A stretch of 64,000 nucleotides of DNA from Alphaproteobacteria bacterium (GTDB lineage Bacteria; Pseudomonadota; Alphaproteobacteria; JAUHZY01): contig JAUHZY010000001.1 of the NCBI GenBank assembly GCA_030425825.1, positions 1,542,834 through 1,606,833 of the forward strand, read 5' to 3'. Both the position numbers and the translations under genes were made by a program. Below, piece after piece: positions 10,847-21,384 of the stretch; positions within the stretch are counted from its first letter, which is position 1, and each line of letters opens with the position of its first letter. The notes below the pieces were generated by a model, which was not told the origin of the DNA, searched no databases, and was given only the letters and a program-made list of their open reading frames with translations.

Positions 10847-12003
10847 TTTAAATATAAATGAACCTCATTATTCGAAACCAGCTCACTTCTGGTTGCGCTA
10901 ACGGTGATTCGGTTAAGGGGCATGCCAAGAAGCGTTATGTTTTGTAAAACTTCTTCAGCGTTGTTTTTGGCCATTTCAGCTTGCCTCATAATTTCAGCAG
11001 GAGAACCTTCATTCGGGCTGACAGTAATCAGATCAAATGATGCGTCTGGGCGGCTTCTTAATGTCTCATGTAATGCAGCTTGCAAAGCACGACGATAATC
11101 TGTTTTTTTGCCTTCTTCAAAGCGAATGACAATCAGAGGACGTCTCTGTTTTGCAGCATCAATAGACCCTTCATCTAGGCGGCTTACTTTAGAAGCTGCT
11201 AAGATTCTGTTTGTTAAAGACGGTCTGTAAAGCCAGCCATTTTGAATTGCAATATGAAGCTTTGTTAAGGCACCTTGTTCAGTGTTTTGGGTTGCATTGT
11301 TACGGACGATTTCGTTGTTTACTCTCGTGAGATCTTGATTGGTCTCAGAGAGAAGAAGTACAGCTTCTTTTTCCAATTGTGAAAGCTGAAAGCGATCTTC
11401 TTTGTTTGCCGCTGGTGAAGCATGTGCAGCGCGAATACTTTCAATGAGAAAAGAGTTGATAGAGGATGAAGATGCCATTTGCTTGGAAAGAGAATCAAGG
11501 CGTCCAAGCGCTTCATTAATTTTATCTAGGTGTGCTTTTGCGTCATTCCACTGACGAATAAGGTTCTCGTCATTTGGTGTTGTCCCAGATTGAAGTTTTG
11601 CTTTTGTAAACCCTAAGATAGAGTAGTAATTCTTTAAGTTGCCATCAATGAAAGCTTTTAAGGCTTCAAACTCAGAGCGCCTCATATCAGCGCCGTCACG
11701 CAAGACACCAACGTCACCTTTAAGCTGTTGCATGCGATGCCCTGCAAACATGCCTGGGTGTGGCGGGTTTTGTATCAATCCTTGTCGTGATGCACCTTCA
11801 ATATCATAGAAGTCAATTTGCGTTGGCCCTGTTAATGACCCCATACGGTTAAGGCGGTAGCTTTCAGGTTCCTGAGGCCTTTGTGGTGTGGAAGAAGTTT
11901 TATCTGCAAATAAAGTAATGTCTTGGAAAGAATCCACAACATGTGCCCAGTCAGCACAAGCAGACAAAGAGAAGATAAGAAAAAGTAGAATTAATCGCGC
12001 CAT
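10843..12003 (-). CDS. hypothetical lipoprotein (signal peptide with lipobox LSAC), last gene of the fliI-fliJ string
   Basis: ATG 12003 preceded by AAGGG; MARLILLFLIFSLSAC lipoprotein signal; no recognisable domain. Confidence 0.4.
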   Translation of the reverse strand: MARLILLFLIFSLSACADWAHVVDSFQDITLFADKTSSTPQRPQEPESYRLNRMGSLTGPTQIDFYDIEGASRQGLIQNPPHPGMFAGHRMQQLKGDVGVLRDGADMRRSEFEALKAFIDGNLKNYYSILGFTKAKLQSGTTPNDENLIRQWNDAKAHLDKINEALGRLDSLSKQMASSSSINSFLIESIRAAHASPAANKEDRFQLSQLEKEAVLLLSETNQDLTRVNNEIVRNNATQNTEQGALTKLHIAIQNGWLYRPSLTNRILAASKVSRLDEGSIDAAKQRRPLIVIRFEEGKKTDYRRALQAALHETLRSRPDASFDLITVSPNEGSPAEIMRQAEMAKNNAEEVLQNITLLGMPLNRITVSATRSELVSNNEVHLYLK

Positions 12004-12044
12004 AATATTGCCCTTATTTGTCAAAAATAACTTAACCAATGTTG

Positions 12045-12467
12045 CTATGAACTTCCAGCGGAATGTTTTCTAGAAGACAATTCATCAAGAAGATTTTGCT
12101 CTTTGTGTTTCAGTTCTTCATCTATTTCGTCTTGTTTCATTTCACGTGCCTTTTCAAATTTTTTAAAATCTTGGAAAGCAAGGAGAACTTTCTCGCGATG
12201 CTGTTCTGCGAGCACCTCAAGCTTTGCAATGTTTTTCTTAATATTATTTTGTTCTTGGCGCACACGCTCTATGTATCCTGGGATGAAAGATGCAACCTCG
12301 CTCTCATTTTGCTCACTGAGGCTGCGCACTTCTTCAATGAGGTTTTGCTCTAAGGTGATAATTTTCTGTTCTAAGCTCATGATTTGGGATTCTACAACAC
12401 CAAGTTCTTGGCGTTTTTCATCCAATTCAAACTTATGCAGTCTCACCAAGCTGTTCAGTGTTTTCAT
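12045..12467 (-). CDS. fliJ: flagellar export protein FliJ
   Basis: 140-aa coiled-coil protein directly downstream of and overlapping fliI; FliJ-like N-terminus (LNSLVRLHKFELDEKRQEL). Confidence 0.6.
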   Translation of the reverse strand: MKTLNSLVRLHKFELDEKRQELGVVESQIMSLEQKIITLEQNLIEEVRSLSEQNESEVASFIPGYIERVRQEQNNIKKNIAKLEVLAEQHREKVLLAFQDFKKFEKAREMKQDEIDEELKHKEQNLLDELSSRKHSAGSS

Positions 12468-13851
12468 TTTCTACTTCTTCTTGTTCATCTGAAATAAAAC
12501 CAAGTATTGTTGCCAGCTCGGTATACCCTTGTTGGAAGGTATAGGCTTGTTCTTTTCGTTGGCTTAAGAACTGTTCTAATTGTGGGTGATAGTGGATGGC
12601 CTCATCAATTTGGGGATCAGAACCTTTACGATATGCACCAAGGCGGATCATCTCTGCCATGTCGTCATAAACAGACATCAACTCACGCGCGCGAGAGATG
12701 ATTGTGATCTCATCTTCGGTGTTACAATTAGGCATGGTTCTTGAGACACTTCTTAAAATGTTAATAGGTGGATAGCGTCCACGCTCAGCAATTTTTCTAT
12801 CTAAAACGATATGACCATCCAAAATACCACGCGCAGCGTCAGATATAGGTTCATTATGGTCATCACCTTCTACCAGAACTGTGAACAACCCTGTGATCGA
12901 TCCGACTTCACCGTCTTCGTCAGGAACGCCTGGTCCGGCACGCTCTAATAGTTTTGAAAGCTCTGAGAAAACAGTAGGTGTATACCCCTTGCTTGCAGGC
13001 GGTTCGCCTACAGAAAGGCCAATTTCACGTTGCGCCATGGCAAAACGTGTTACACTATCCATCAAACAAAGAACATCCAAATTATGATCGCGGAAATATT
13101 CAGCAACAGCCATTGTTAGATAAGCAGCTTGCCTTCTCATCAAAGGAGACTCATCAGAAGTAGAGGCGATGACAACACTTCTCTTAAGACCTTCTTCGCC
13201 TAGATCATCTTCGATAAACTCTTTCAGTTCGCGTCCACGTTCACCAATCAGACCAATCACGTTTACATCGCTTGCTGTGTAGCGTGCCAGCATTGATAAA
13301 AGTGTTGATTTACCAACACCAGACCCTGCAAAAATACCCATTCTTTGGCCTTTACAGCATGTAAGGAACGTATTCATGCCGCGCACACCAAGGTCTAGTT
13401 TGCCGCCAACGCGTTCGCGGTCGTGTGCTGAAGGCGGAGAGGCACGTAAATAATAAGGCTCGTCTCCTTGAATAAGAGGTCCTAAGCCGTCAACAGGCTC
13501 TCCAAAAGCGTTAAGAACACGTCCTAACCAAGAAGGGTCAGGAAAGATGACAGAGCCTGTGTTTCTAAGTTCAGCACGACACCCGAGTGAGATCCCTTCA
13601 AGGGCGCCAAAAGGCATCGCAACAGCTTTATTTCCGTGAAAACCAACTATTTCACACATGACAGAGTTGCGATCTTTGGGCTTCAATTCACATTGATCAC
13701 CAATTGATAGTTTTGTTCCAAATCCTTCGATTTCGATGGAAAGCCCAAGAACACTGGCGACACGTCCAAAATATACCTCATCATGAATGCAATCAATTTG
13801 CGATTTGATGGTGTTAAATTTATGAGAAATAGGGTTTGTTTCTTCAATCAT
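12433..13851 (-). CDS. fliI: flagellum-specific ATP synthase FliI
   Basis: 472 aa; Walker A GSGVGKST, F1/T3SS-ATPase family with FliI-type N-terminal domain. Confidence 0.9.
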   Translation of the reverse strand: MIEETNPISHKFNTIKSQIDCIHDEVYFGRVASVLGLSIEIEGFGTKLSIGDQCELKPKDRNSVMCEIVGFHGNKAVAMPFGALEGISLGCRAELRNTGSVIFPDPSWLGRVLNAFGEPVDGLGPLIQGDEPYYLRASPPSAHDRERVGGKLDLGVRGMNTFLTCCKGQRMGIFAGSGVGKSTLLSMLARYTASDVNVIGLIGERGRELKEFIEDDLGEEGLKRSVVIASTSDESPLMRRQAAYLTMAVAEYFRDHNLDVLCLMDSVTRFAMAQREIGLSVGEPPASKGYTPTVFSELSKLLERAGPGVPDEDGEVGSITGLFTVLVEGDDHNEPISDAARGILDGHIVLDRKIAERGRYPPINILRSVSRTMPNCNTEDEITIISRARELMSVYDDMAEMIRLGAYRKGSDPQIDEAIHYHPQLEQFLSQRKEQAYTFQQGYTELATILGFISDEQEEVENENTEQLGETA

Positions 13852-13940
13852 CTCAACGTGTTGTGTCTATTATATGGAAATACCACAACATCATGTCATA
13901 AAAGGGAAAATTTTGGAAGAGAGAGATAAAAAAATATGGC

Positions 13941-14585
13941 CTATCTTTTGCGGAGCTTTTTCTCGATAATCTTTAACTTATCTTTCGCCATTTTAAAGTC
14001 GGCTTCGCTTGCAGCAAGATACCATTTATAGGCTTTGTCATAGTCACGTTTGACACCCAAACCTTCTTCATACATAAAGCCTAGATTATATTGTGCTTGT
14101 TCTAAGCCTTGTTCAGCCGCTTTCTGGAAAAGGTCAGCCGCTTTCTTATAGTCTTTTTCAACACTCATACCTTTGAAGTAAAAAATTCCTAAATTATATT
14201 GGGCATATTTATGTCCTAGATTGGCAGCAGACTCATACCAAACAGAAGATATTTTGAAGTTTTGTGGGACGCCGTAACCTTTTTCATATGAAACCCCGAG
14301 GCGATATTGTGTGTTTGAAATGTCCTGGCGGATAGGGTCGCGGTTCAGCGTGACTTTTTCTAGGTCTTGTGGCGCAAAATAAGCATCATCAGGATAAATC
14401 TCAGCACTGTCTTTTTCACTTCTCTCATTTTCTACAAACTCTTCATCAGTAAAGCTTGTTTCAGGAAGAGATCTATTTTGAATGTATAGTCCGATAAAAA
14501 CGGCAATCAAAATGATAAAAAGGATCTCAAGAAAAGGTCTGTGAGAGTTCGCGATAGCAGGAAGATTACGTTTGCCTTTTGTCAT
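13941..14585 (-). CDS. Sel1-repeat (TPR-like) protein with N-terminal TM anchor
   Basis: Four Sel1-like repeats (AQYNLGxxYxxGxGVxxDYxKAxxWY); hydrophobic segment ILFIILIAVFIGLYI. Confidence 0.7.
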   Translation of the reverse strand: MTKGKRNLPAIANSHRPFLEILFIILIAVFIGLYIQNRSLPETSFTDEEFVENERSEKDSAEIYPDDAYFAPQDLEKVTLNRDPIRQDISNTQYRLGVSYEKGYGVPQNFKISSVWYESAANLGHKYAQYNLGIFYFKGMSVEKDYKKAADLFQKAAEQGLEQAQYNLGFMYEEGLGVKRDYDKAYKWYLAASEADFKMAKDKLKIIEKKLRKR

Positions 14586-14598
14586 CTCTACTTAAACC

Positions 14599-16767
14599 TT
14601 AAGGATTCTGATTTGGTTTGGGGGTAGAGTTACTGATCTGACTATGCAACATTGTCCAGCGACGCTGTGCAACACCAGCTGCTTTCATTGCGACACCAGA
14701 TGCAATTGCCGTGGTTGCGCCTGCAACAGCCTGACCTGCGCCCGTAGAGAATTGAGATTCAGCAAACTGACCTGCCATTGCATCAGCTTTTTGTAACAAG
14801 AAGAATAATAATGCGGAGGCGAAGAACAATGCCCAGAAAGAAGGCTTATGAATCGCCATACGGTACATAAAGTTCCCAACAATTTGCGGGTTTTCTTCTA
14901 GCATGCTTGAGATATGACCTCGAAGCCTGTCACCCAGTCCACCGCCAACATTGAGACCAAAGAGCTCAAAATCTTGATCTGAAAGCTCTTCCGAGCCAAC
15001 ATTTCCAGAAGTTTGCTGTTCTTTTGCGATGCTGCTTTGTATTGTTGTGTTGCCAAGTGAGTAAAGAAGCGTTCCATCAATCGCTTTCATGAGGTCTCCC
15101 GGCGTTTTAATAAGAGACATTTTGAGCTTATCACATTTGGGAACGCTGGTGCCTCCTGCAGATGCAGATGTATAACCTGTTGCTTCACAAAGTTCGTCTG
15201 CAATATTACTAATGCTTTTGTAACACTGAACGATAGCTTTATATTTAGCCGTTTGTGTTGGATCAGTGATCACATCACCTTTATCATCTTTTGGAGATCC
15301 TACTAAAAAGCTTTCTTTTTCTTCGTCTGAAATAGCTTTTGCAGGTTTACATTGTTGGTTTTCATATGCTTCCGTGACATCTGTGCGGAGCTCTGTATTA
15401 CCTCGAATTTTTATAGGACCCTTGATCCGAACAAAATAATTTGCTGCTTCTTGGTCGTATTCTATGACAGTCATGGTGATGGCTGCTCGTATAAGAGAAG
15501 CTGACAAAGCGACGGCAATACCAACAAAAAGAATAGCTAATGCACCGTGTAAGATCATACGAATGACTAGGCGCAGTGGTTGACGGAACGGTTTAAAGAC
15601 CGCAAGTGCGATGGCCAATGGTGCAATTAATGATGCAATAGCAATACGGAAGAACACCTCAACCATTAAGAATGGGAAACCAAGCATTGCAAGGCCATAA
15701 ATAAAGATCAACAAGAACCCTGCAACCATTTGCGATAGAACAGTTGGAAAAATACCTGAAAACACATCTTTAACCCAAAACTCCCAAAAGCTTGTGGCTT
15801 CACCAGGCTGTAAAAGCGCGTATATCCCAATTGTTAGACCTGTTGCCAAAAGCCTTTGGATTCCTGCTAGGCGACAATTAATGCCATCACGAATTTCTTG
15901 TGAGACGACTTTTGAGTTACCACCATAAGGGTTCACATTTGACCCACAATATTCGCCGTGAGCATTCTTTTTGCTAGCATCCTGGGTAGGATCTTTGAGA
16001 ATCTCAAACCTGAATGCTTTCATAAACTCCTGACCAGAATTAACATCGCTGTCGAAATTATCAGCAATATTTGTCAGGTAAATCATCCCGACAGAGTCAC
16101 CTAAAAGAATAATTCTTTTTGACCAGTCGAGCGAGATTTTTAACATGGGAACGGCTGTATAGGCGGTGAAAGTTAAGTCATTATAGCTAATTTGCTTACC
16201 TGTTTTTGCCCGCCCACTTTCATAGTTGATACTTGCGTTCATGCCAGACCCTGATGTCAAAAGACCGAAAGCCATGATGCTTAATGCGATTTTAACAAAG
16301 ATATCATTAAAGACGCTGCTAACCTGGCCTGCAGGACCGAAGGGCAAGAGAATTTTACTGACCTGTATCACGAGCCAGATGGCAAGCATGGCTTTAAGTA
16401 AGTTTCCTGCCGAGACATTACTTAAGAAAAAGCCACGTACGGCAATTTCTTCTGAGATAATTGAAACAGCATCGAAAAGTGGACATGCCCAACAAGTTGA
16501 AAGAGACTCATAGCGCTCCTCTGCAGGGCCAAGTAGTGATCCTGTGATTGCTGCAACAGCCCTTTTAAATACACTCCATTTCGGATCGGCAATCAGCTCA
16601 AGAAAAGTGGGGCTTCCTAAAAGGTTTTTGGCTTTGCTAATCGTGTCTTGGGCTGCAGCATCAGAAGCAAATGTAACCAAAGAAGTCTGATGTGTATCAA
16701 AATTTGGCGTTGCAAATAATGCAAAGACAAAGAACAGGCTGAAAATAAAACCTTTTTTTAGACTCAT
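14599..16767 (-). CDS. large Cys-rich polytopic membrane protein (signal peptide + at least 7 TM segments); possibly distant TrbL/VirB6-like
   Basis: Start at MSLKKGFIF (ATGA overlap with upstream gene); multiple hydrophobic helices, periplasmic loops with paired cysteines (CWACP, CKPAKA...CYKS...CEAT...CDK); short motif VEVFF also present in VirB6; no confident family assignment. Confidence 0.5.
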   Translation of the reverse strand: MSLKKGFIFSLFFVFALFATPNFDTHQTSLVTFASDAAAQDTISKAKNLLGSPTFLELIADPKWSVFKRAVAAITGSLLGPAEERYESLSTCWACPLFDAVSIISEEIAVRGFFLSNVSAGNLLKAMLAIWLVIQVSKILLPFGPAGQVSSVFNDIFVKIALSIMAFGLLTSGSGMNASINYESGRAKTGKQISYNDLTFTAYTAVPMLKISLDWSKRIILLGDSVGMIYLTNIADNFDSDVNSGQEFMKAFRFEILKDPTQDASKKNAHGEYCGSNVNPYGGNSKVVSQEIRDGINCRLAGIQRLLATGLTIGIYALLQPGEATSFWEFWVKDVFSGIFPTVLSQMVAGFLLIFIYGLAMLGFPFLMVEVFFRIAIASLIAPLAIALAVFKPFRQPLRLVIRMILHGALAILFVGIAVALSASLIRAAITMTVIEYDQEAANYFVRIKGPIKIRGNTELRTDVTEAYENQQCKPAKAISDEEKESFLVGSPKDDKGDVITDPTQTAKYKAIVQCYKSISNIADELCEATGYTSASAGGTSVPKCDKLKMSLIKTPGDLMKAIDGTLLYSLGNTTIQSSIAKEQQTSGNVGSEELSDQDFELFGLNVGGGLGDRLRGHISSMLEENPQIVGNFMYRMAIHKPSFWALFFASALLFFLLQKADAMAGQFAESQFSTGAGQAVAGATTAIASGVAMKAAGVAQRRWTMLHSQISNSTPKPNQNP

Positions 16768-17237
16768 TTTTCTTTTGTATCCTTGCTTTCTTGACCTTTT
16801 AATGTGCCACGCTTGTATCGCCAATAAGCATAGGCGACGCCACCAAGTCCTGCAATCAAAATAAGATCTGTTAAGTAAGTTCCATCAAGCAATACCCAAT
16901 CAATTAAAATCAAAGCCCCTAATGTTGCAATAATTATATTGTCGCGCATTTGCTCTTTTTGAAAGATATCGTGGTTTTTTGCATTTATTTTTTGTTGTTT
17001 CTCGGGGTCGTCACGTCTTTCCATTGCGATTGAGATGGCATCGGCTAATACTTCTGGGCTGACGTTTGAGTAGTCTGAGGGACTTATTTGTTTTTTCTGA
17101 TCGTTTGCTGCAGAAGGGCTTGATGATGGTTCTGATGACTCAGATGATTCTATGGAATCTTCTTTTGAAGCAATGGTCTCAGTGCTTTGAGACGTCATAT
17201 TGTTATCCTCATTTAATTCTCTGTCAAAAGCAGACAT
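16764..17237 (-). CDS. small membrane protein (acidic S/E-rich N-terminus, two C-terminal TM helices), translationally coupled to the downstream membrane protein
   Basis: ATG preceded by TATAAT 11 nt upstream; stop overlaps next start as ATGA. Confidence 0.4.
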   Translation of the reverse strand: MSAFDRELNEDNNMTSQSTETIASKEDSIESSESSEPSSSPSAANDQKKQISPSDYSNVSPEVLADAISIAMERRDDPEKQQKINAKNHDIFQKEQMRDNIIIATLGALILIDWVLLDGTYLTDLILIAGLGGVAYAYWRYKRGTLKGQESKDTKEK

Positions 17238-17369
17238 GACATTTTACCATTATATCAAAATACAAGGCAAAAATAAACCCATGACACAAGATATGCTGTC
17301 AGCCTGCTGTGAAGCAAAGAAATTTAGAGTGAACAACAGCTTTCGCTGTGTGTGCGTGATATTTTGGTA

Positions 17370-18206
17370 CTATTCTTGTCTTAAAAGATCATTAATAGAT
17401 GTTTTTGAGCGCGTTCGCTCATCAACACGTTTGACAATCACAGCACAGTATAAATTAGGTCCTGGCGTACCATCAGGAAGCGGTTTCCCAGGCATTGTGC
17501 CAGAAACAACAACGCTGTATGCAGGGACGCGCCCATAATGTACCTCGCCTGTTGCGCGATCAACAATCTTTGTGCTGGCGCCTAGGTAAACACCCATTGA
17601 AAGAACAGATCCTTCTTCAACAACCACGCCTTCAGCAACTTCAGCACGCGCACCAATAAAGCAGTTGTCTTCAATAATAACGGGACCAGCTTGTAGGGGC
17701 TCCAGGACACCGCCAATGCCTGCACCACCTGAAATATGAACATTCTTACCAATTTGCGCGCAAGATCCAACAGTTGCCCATGTATCAATCATTGCACCAG
17801 AGTCAACGTAGGCACCAAGATTAACAAAGGAAGGCATCAAAACAACGTTTGGTGCAATATAGGCTGAATGTCTTACAGTACAGTTTGGTACAGCACGAAA
17901 CCCTGCATTCCGGAATTCGTTTTCACCCCACCCTTCAAACTTTGAAGGGACTTTATCAAACCAGCTTGACCCATTTGGTCCCCCAGAAATAGGCGCCATA
18001 TCGTTCAGGCGAAATGAAAGAAGGACAGCTTTTTTTAGCCATTGATTAACTTGCCATGTGCCATCTGTTTTCTCAGCTACACGGCGTTCGCCAGAATCAA
18101 GAAGGTTTAGAGCGGTGTTAACAGCATCTCTTGCATCGCCTTGTGTATCAATTGAAAGTCCGTCGCGGCCTTCCCAAAGTTCATTGATTGTATTTTCTAA
18201 GCTCAT
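17370..18206 (-). CDS. dapD: 2,3,4,5-tetrahydropyridine-2,6-dicarboxylate N-succinyltransferase
   Basis: 278 aa; hexapeptide-repeat LbH domain and DapD N-terminal domain. Confidence 0.9.
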   Translation of the reverse strand: MSLENTINELWEGRDGLSIDTQGDARDAVNTALNLLDSGERRVAEKTDGTWQVNQWLKKAVLLSFRLNDMAPISGGPNGSSWFDKVPSKFEGWGENEFRNAGFRAVPNCTVRHSAYIAPNVVLMPSFVNLGAYVDSGAMIDTWATVGSCAQIGKNVHISGGAGIGGVLEPLQAGPVIIEDNCFIGARAEVAEGVVVEEGSVLSMGVYLGASTKIVDRATGEVHYGRVPAYSVVVSGTMPGKPLPDGTPGPNLYCAVIVKRVDERTRSKTSINDLLRQE

Positions 18207-19759
18207 GATAGTTTTTCCTTTATCAGTTCAATTGTTTCATCTTTACCATACAAGGCAATAAATGATCCCATACGTGGCCCTTGATCCTGTCCAAGTAATA
18301 CTTGATATAAGACTTTGAACCAAGATTTCAAATCGTTCTCAAAATATTTCTTCCCAATTGTGAAAACTTCTGTTTGAAGCTCGCCTGCATCCAGGTTGTC
18401 ACCTAGGCCTTCTAAAGCCGCTTTTAGTTCTTCTATCGCTTGGCGTTCAAGGTCTGTTGGCGCGCGGTAATTCTTGTGTGGTTTTACAAAATCACGATAG
18501 TAAGTAAGTGCGTACCCAACAAGTTCATCCATCAAGGGTGCATTTGCAGGTGATAAATCTTTATCATACCGCGAGATAAATCCCCAAAGAACAGCCTTAT
18601 CTTCAGTATTACAAACACTTGCTAGGTTGAGAAGGATTGAGAAGCTTAAAGGCGTTTGAGCGGCTTTCCGTGCGACAGGCAGAGATTTCTCAATATGCCA
18701 TGCAGGATTATCAAATGGCTTCTCGTCATGAGCGAGTTTCCGAGAAAATGTGAGATATTCATCGACAGCCTTAGGAATCACATCAAAAAAGAGTCTTTTT
18801 GCTGTTTTTGGCTTTTGGTACATAAACAGCGCAAGGCTTTCTGCTGGTGCGTAAGTAAGCCATTCATCCAAAGAAATACCGTTTCCTTTAGATTTAGAAA
18901 TCTTACTGCCTTTATCATCCAAGAAAAGTTCATAGGTTAGATTTTGCGGCGGTCTTCCACCAATAATTTTTGCAATTTTACTTGAAAGTTTTACAGATTC
19001 ATCCAGGTCTTTGCCTGACATTTCATAATCAACACCTAGTGCAACCCAGCGCATTGCCCAGTCAACTTTCCATTGCAGTTTACAGTGACCACCTGTCACA
19101 GGTTGCGTGACGATTGACCCATCTTCATCTTTAAAAGTAATGGTTCCTGCTTTGACGTCTTTATCCATCAAAGGTACCTGTAGGACTTTTCCGCTGCTTG
19201 GGCTGATCGGTAGAAATGGACTGTAAGTTTGACGGCGTTCTTCACCTAGTGTTGGTAAGATAACATTGATCACATCGTCATAATTTTCCAGTATTTTCAT
19301 TAATGTTTCATCAAATTCGCCAGCTTTATAGGCTTCTGTTGAGCTTTTAAACTCGTATTCAAAGCCAAACTGATCCAGAAAACGCTGAAGGCGATTATTG
19401 TTGTGCTCACCAAAGCTGTTATGTGTTTCAAAGGGATCTGGAACAACAGTGAGGGGCTTTTCTAAATGTTGCGCCAACATATCTTTGTTAGGGACGTTAT
19501 CAGGCACTTTACGTAGGCCATCTAAGTCATCAGAAAAGCAAATAAGTTTTGTTGGAATGTCGCTGAGCGTTTCAAAAGCACGCTTAACCATCATTGTCCG
19601 TCCAACTTCTCCAAATGTGCCAATATGTGGCAGGCCTGATGGTCCATACCCTGTTTCAAAAAGGACGTAGCCTTTTTCGGGTATTTTGTTTTGAAGGCGT
19701 TGCAGCAATCTGCGCGCTTCTTCAAAGGGCCATGCTTTTGCAGAAGTTGGATCAGACAT
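18203..19759 (-). CDS. lysK: lysine--tRNA ligase, class I
   Basis: HIGH-like HIGTFGEV and KMSKS-like [11 protein letters not shown] motifs; start taken at [10 protein letters not shown] (longer ORF start would overlap ndk). Confidence 0.85.
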   Translation of the reverse strand: MSDPTSAKAWPFEEARRLLQRLQNKIPEKGYVLFETGYGPSGLPHIGTFGEVGRTMMVKRAFETLSDIPTKLICFSDDLDGLRKVPDNVPNKDMLAQHLEKPLTVVPDPFETHNSFGEHNNNRLQRFLDQFGFEYEFKSSTEAYKAGEFDETLMKILENYDDVINVILPTLGEERRQTYSPFLPISPSSGKVLQVPLMDKDVKAGTITFKDEDGSIVTQPVTGGHCKLQWKVDWAMRWVALGVDYEMSGKDLDESVKLSSKIAKIIGGRPPQNLTYELFLDDKGSKISKSKGNGISLDEWLTYAPAESLALFMYQKPKTAKRLFFDVIPKAVDEYLTFSRKLAHDEKPFDNPAWHIEKSLPVARKAAQTPLSFSILLNLASVCNTEDKAVLWGFISRYDKDLSPANAPLMDELVGYALTYYRDFVKPHKNYRAPTDLERQAIEELKAALEGLGDNLDAGELQTEVFTIGKKYFENDLKSWFKVLYQVLLGQDQGPRMGSFIALYGKDETIELIKEKLS

Positions 19760-19766
19760 AATGATA

Positions 19767-20186
19767 TTATCCAACGATTTCTTCAGGTTGGAAGAAAAAG
19801 TCAATTTCAATCGCTGCATTCTCTTCACTATCAGAACCATGTACAGAGTTTGCTTCAATTGACTCGGCAAACATTTTGCGGATTGTTCCTTCATCAGCAT
19901 CTTCTGGGTTTGTTGCGCCCATCAGTTCACGGTTTTTCAATACAGCGTTCTCGCCTTCTAGAACCTGAACAACAACAGGGCCAGAAATCATAAACTCACA
20001 TAGGTCATTGAAGAAAGGGCGTTCTTTGTGTACGCCGTAAAAACCTTCAGCTTGTGCACGTGTCATGTGAATGCGTTTTTGTGCAACAATGCGTAGACCG
20101 TTTTCTTCGAAAACAGCGTTGATTTTACCTGTCAGATTGCGTTTTGTTGCATCTGGCTTGATAATTGAAAAAGTTCTTTGAGTCAT
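19767..20186 (-). CDS. ndk: nucleoside diphosphate kinase
   Basis: 139 aa, NDK signature (Nxx[13 protein letters not shown]). Confidence 0.92.
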   Translation of the reverse strand: MTQRTFSIIKPDATKRNLTGKINAVFEENGLRIVAQKRIHMTRAQAEGFYGVHKERPFFNDLCEFMISGPVVVQVLEGENAVLKNRELMGATNPEDADEGTIRKMFAESIEANSVHGSDSEENAAIEIDFFFQPEEIVG

Positions 20187-20277
20187 TTTAGTTACCTCTT
20201 TTAAATAGTTTATTGTTGTAGGGGCACTATATATAACGTTAACATCTAAGGAATTCTAGTCTTTTTAAGGAATAAAA

Positions 20278-21312
20278 ATGAAACAAATCAACTGTGCAAT
20301 TTTAGGGGCGAGTGGTTATACAGGTGCCGAGCTTGTACGTCTTCTTGAAGGCCATCCGACATTTGTTATTAAGGCACTGACTGCCAACCGCCATGCTGGC
20401 AAGCCGATGGAAGAAATTTTCCCGCATGTATCGCTGGCAAACTTACCTGAAATGGTTCGAATTGAAGATGTTCAATGGAATAATATTCAGTTGGTCTTTT
20501 GTGCTTTGCCGCATGCAACCACACAAGAAGTTATTAAAGACCTTCCAGAGCATTTAAAAATTGTTGATTTATCAGCTGATTTTCGTATTAGGGACGCCGC
20601 TGTTTATGAAGAATGGTATGGTAAACCACATGGTGCGCAGCATCTTCAGGATTTTGCGGTGTATGGTCTTGTTGAGCATTATCGTGAAGAAATAAAAAAA
20701 ACTAATCTGGTTGCCTCTCCTGGGTGTTACCCGACATCAGCTTTATTGCCATTGATTCCCCTATTGGAAGAAAAATTGATTGATCCGTCATCAATTATTA
20801 TTGATGCAAAGACAGGTGTCACAGGGGCGGGGCGCTCGCCAAAAGAAAGCTCTCTTTTTGCAGAAATCTCGGAAGGGATGAAGGCTTACGGTATTGGTCA
20901 TCACCGACATATGGCCGAAATTGAGCAAGAGCTTAGCCTTGCTATGGGTGAAGATGTGACAATCAGTTTTACACCGCACTTGGTGCCAATGAATCGTGGA
21001 ATTTTATCAACGATTTATGTTTCAACAGATCATTTTGTTGGTGATATTCGTGATGCGCTGAAAAAAAGATATCAATCTGATACCTTCGTTCACGTGTTGG
21101 ATGAGGGGCAGGTTCCTGAAACACGTTATGTGCGTGGGGTTAACCATTGCGTGATGTCTGTCTTTCCTGATCGTCATGCCAGCCGTGTGATTATTGTTTC
21201 TGTGATTGATAATCTTGTTAAAGGCGCATCTGGTCAAGCGATTCAGGCGGCCAACCTTATGTTTGATTTAAGTGAAGATGATGGTCTGAAGGGGCTGCCT
21301 TTTTTCCCTTAA
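20278..21312 (+). CDS. argC: N-acetyl-gamma-glutamyl-phosphate reductase
   Basis: N-terminal NAD-binding GASGYTG, catalytic Cys region SPGCYPT. Confidence 0.9.
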   Translation: MKQINCAILGASGYTGAELVRLLEGHPTFVIKALTANRHAGKPMEEIFPHVSLANLPEMVRIEDVQWNNIQLVFCALPHATTQEVIKDLPEHLKIVDLSADFRIRDAAVYEEWYGKPHGAQHLQDFAVYGLVEHYREEIKKTNLVASPGCYPTSALLPLIPLLEEKLIDPSSIIIDAKTGVTGAGRSPKESSLFAEISEGMKAYGIGHHRHMAEIEQELSLAMGEDVTISFTPHLVPMNRGILSTIYVSTDHFVGDIRDALKKRYQSDTFVHVLDEGQVPETRYVRGVNHCVMSVFPDRHASRVIIVSVIDNLVKGASGQAIQAANLMFDLSEDDGLKGLPFFP

Positions 21313-21384
21313 GTTCGTACATTAGAACGTGACAAATCTCCTTCCTTTTTATAGGTTGAAGCATTCAATGCGAAAGGATGAAAC

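Noticed and set aside
19760-19900. Long N-terminal extensions of lysK (to 19900), ftsK (to 36008), glmU (to 32723), proC (to 31145), xthA (to 39133), exoD (to 10439) and ccmC (to 9822) suggested by the ORF track
   Set aside because: Extensions overlap upstream genes, start at TTG/CTG, and conserved N-termini begin at internal ATGs that abut the neighbouring stop codons
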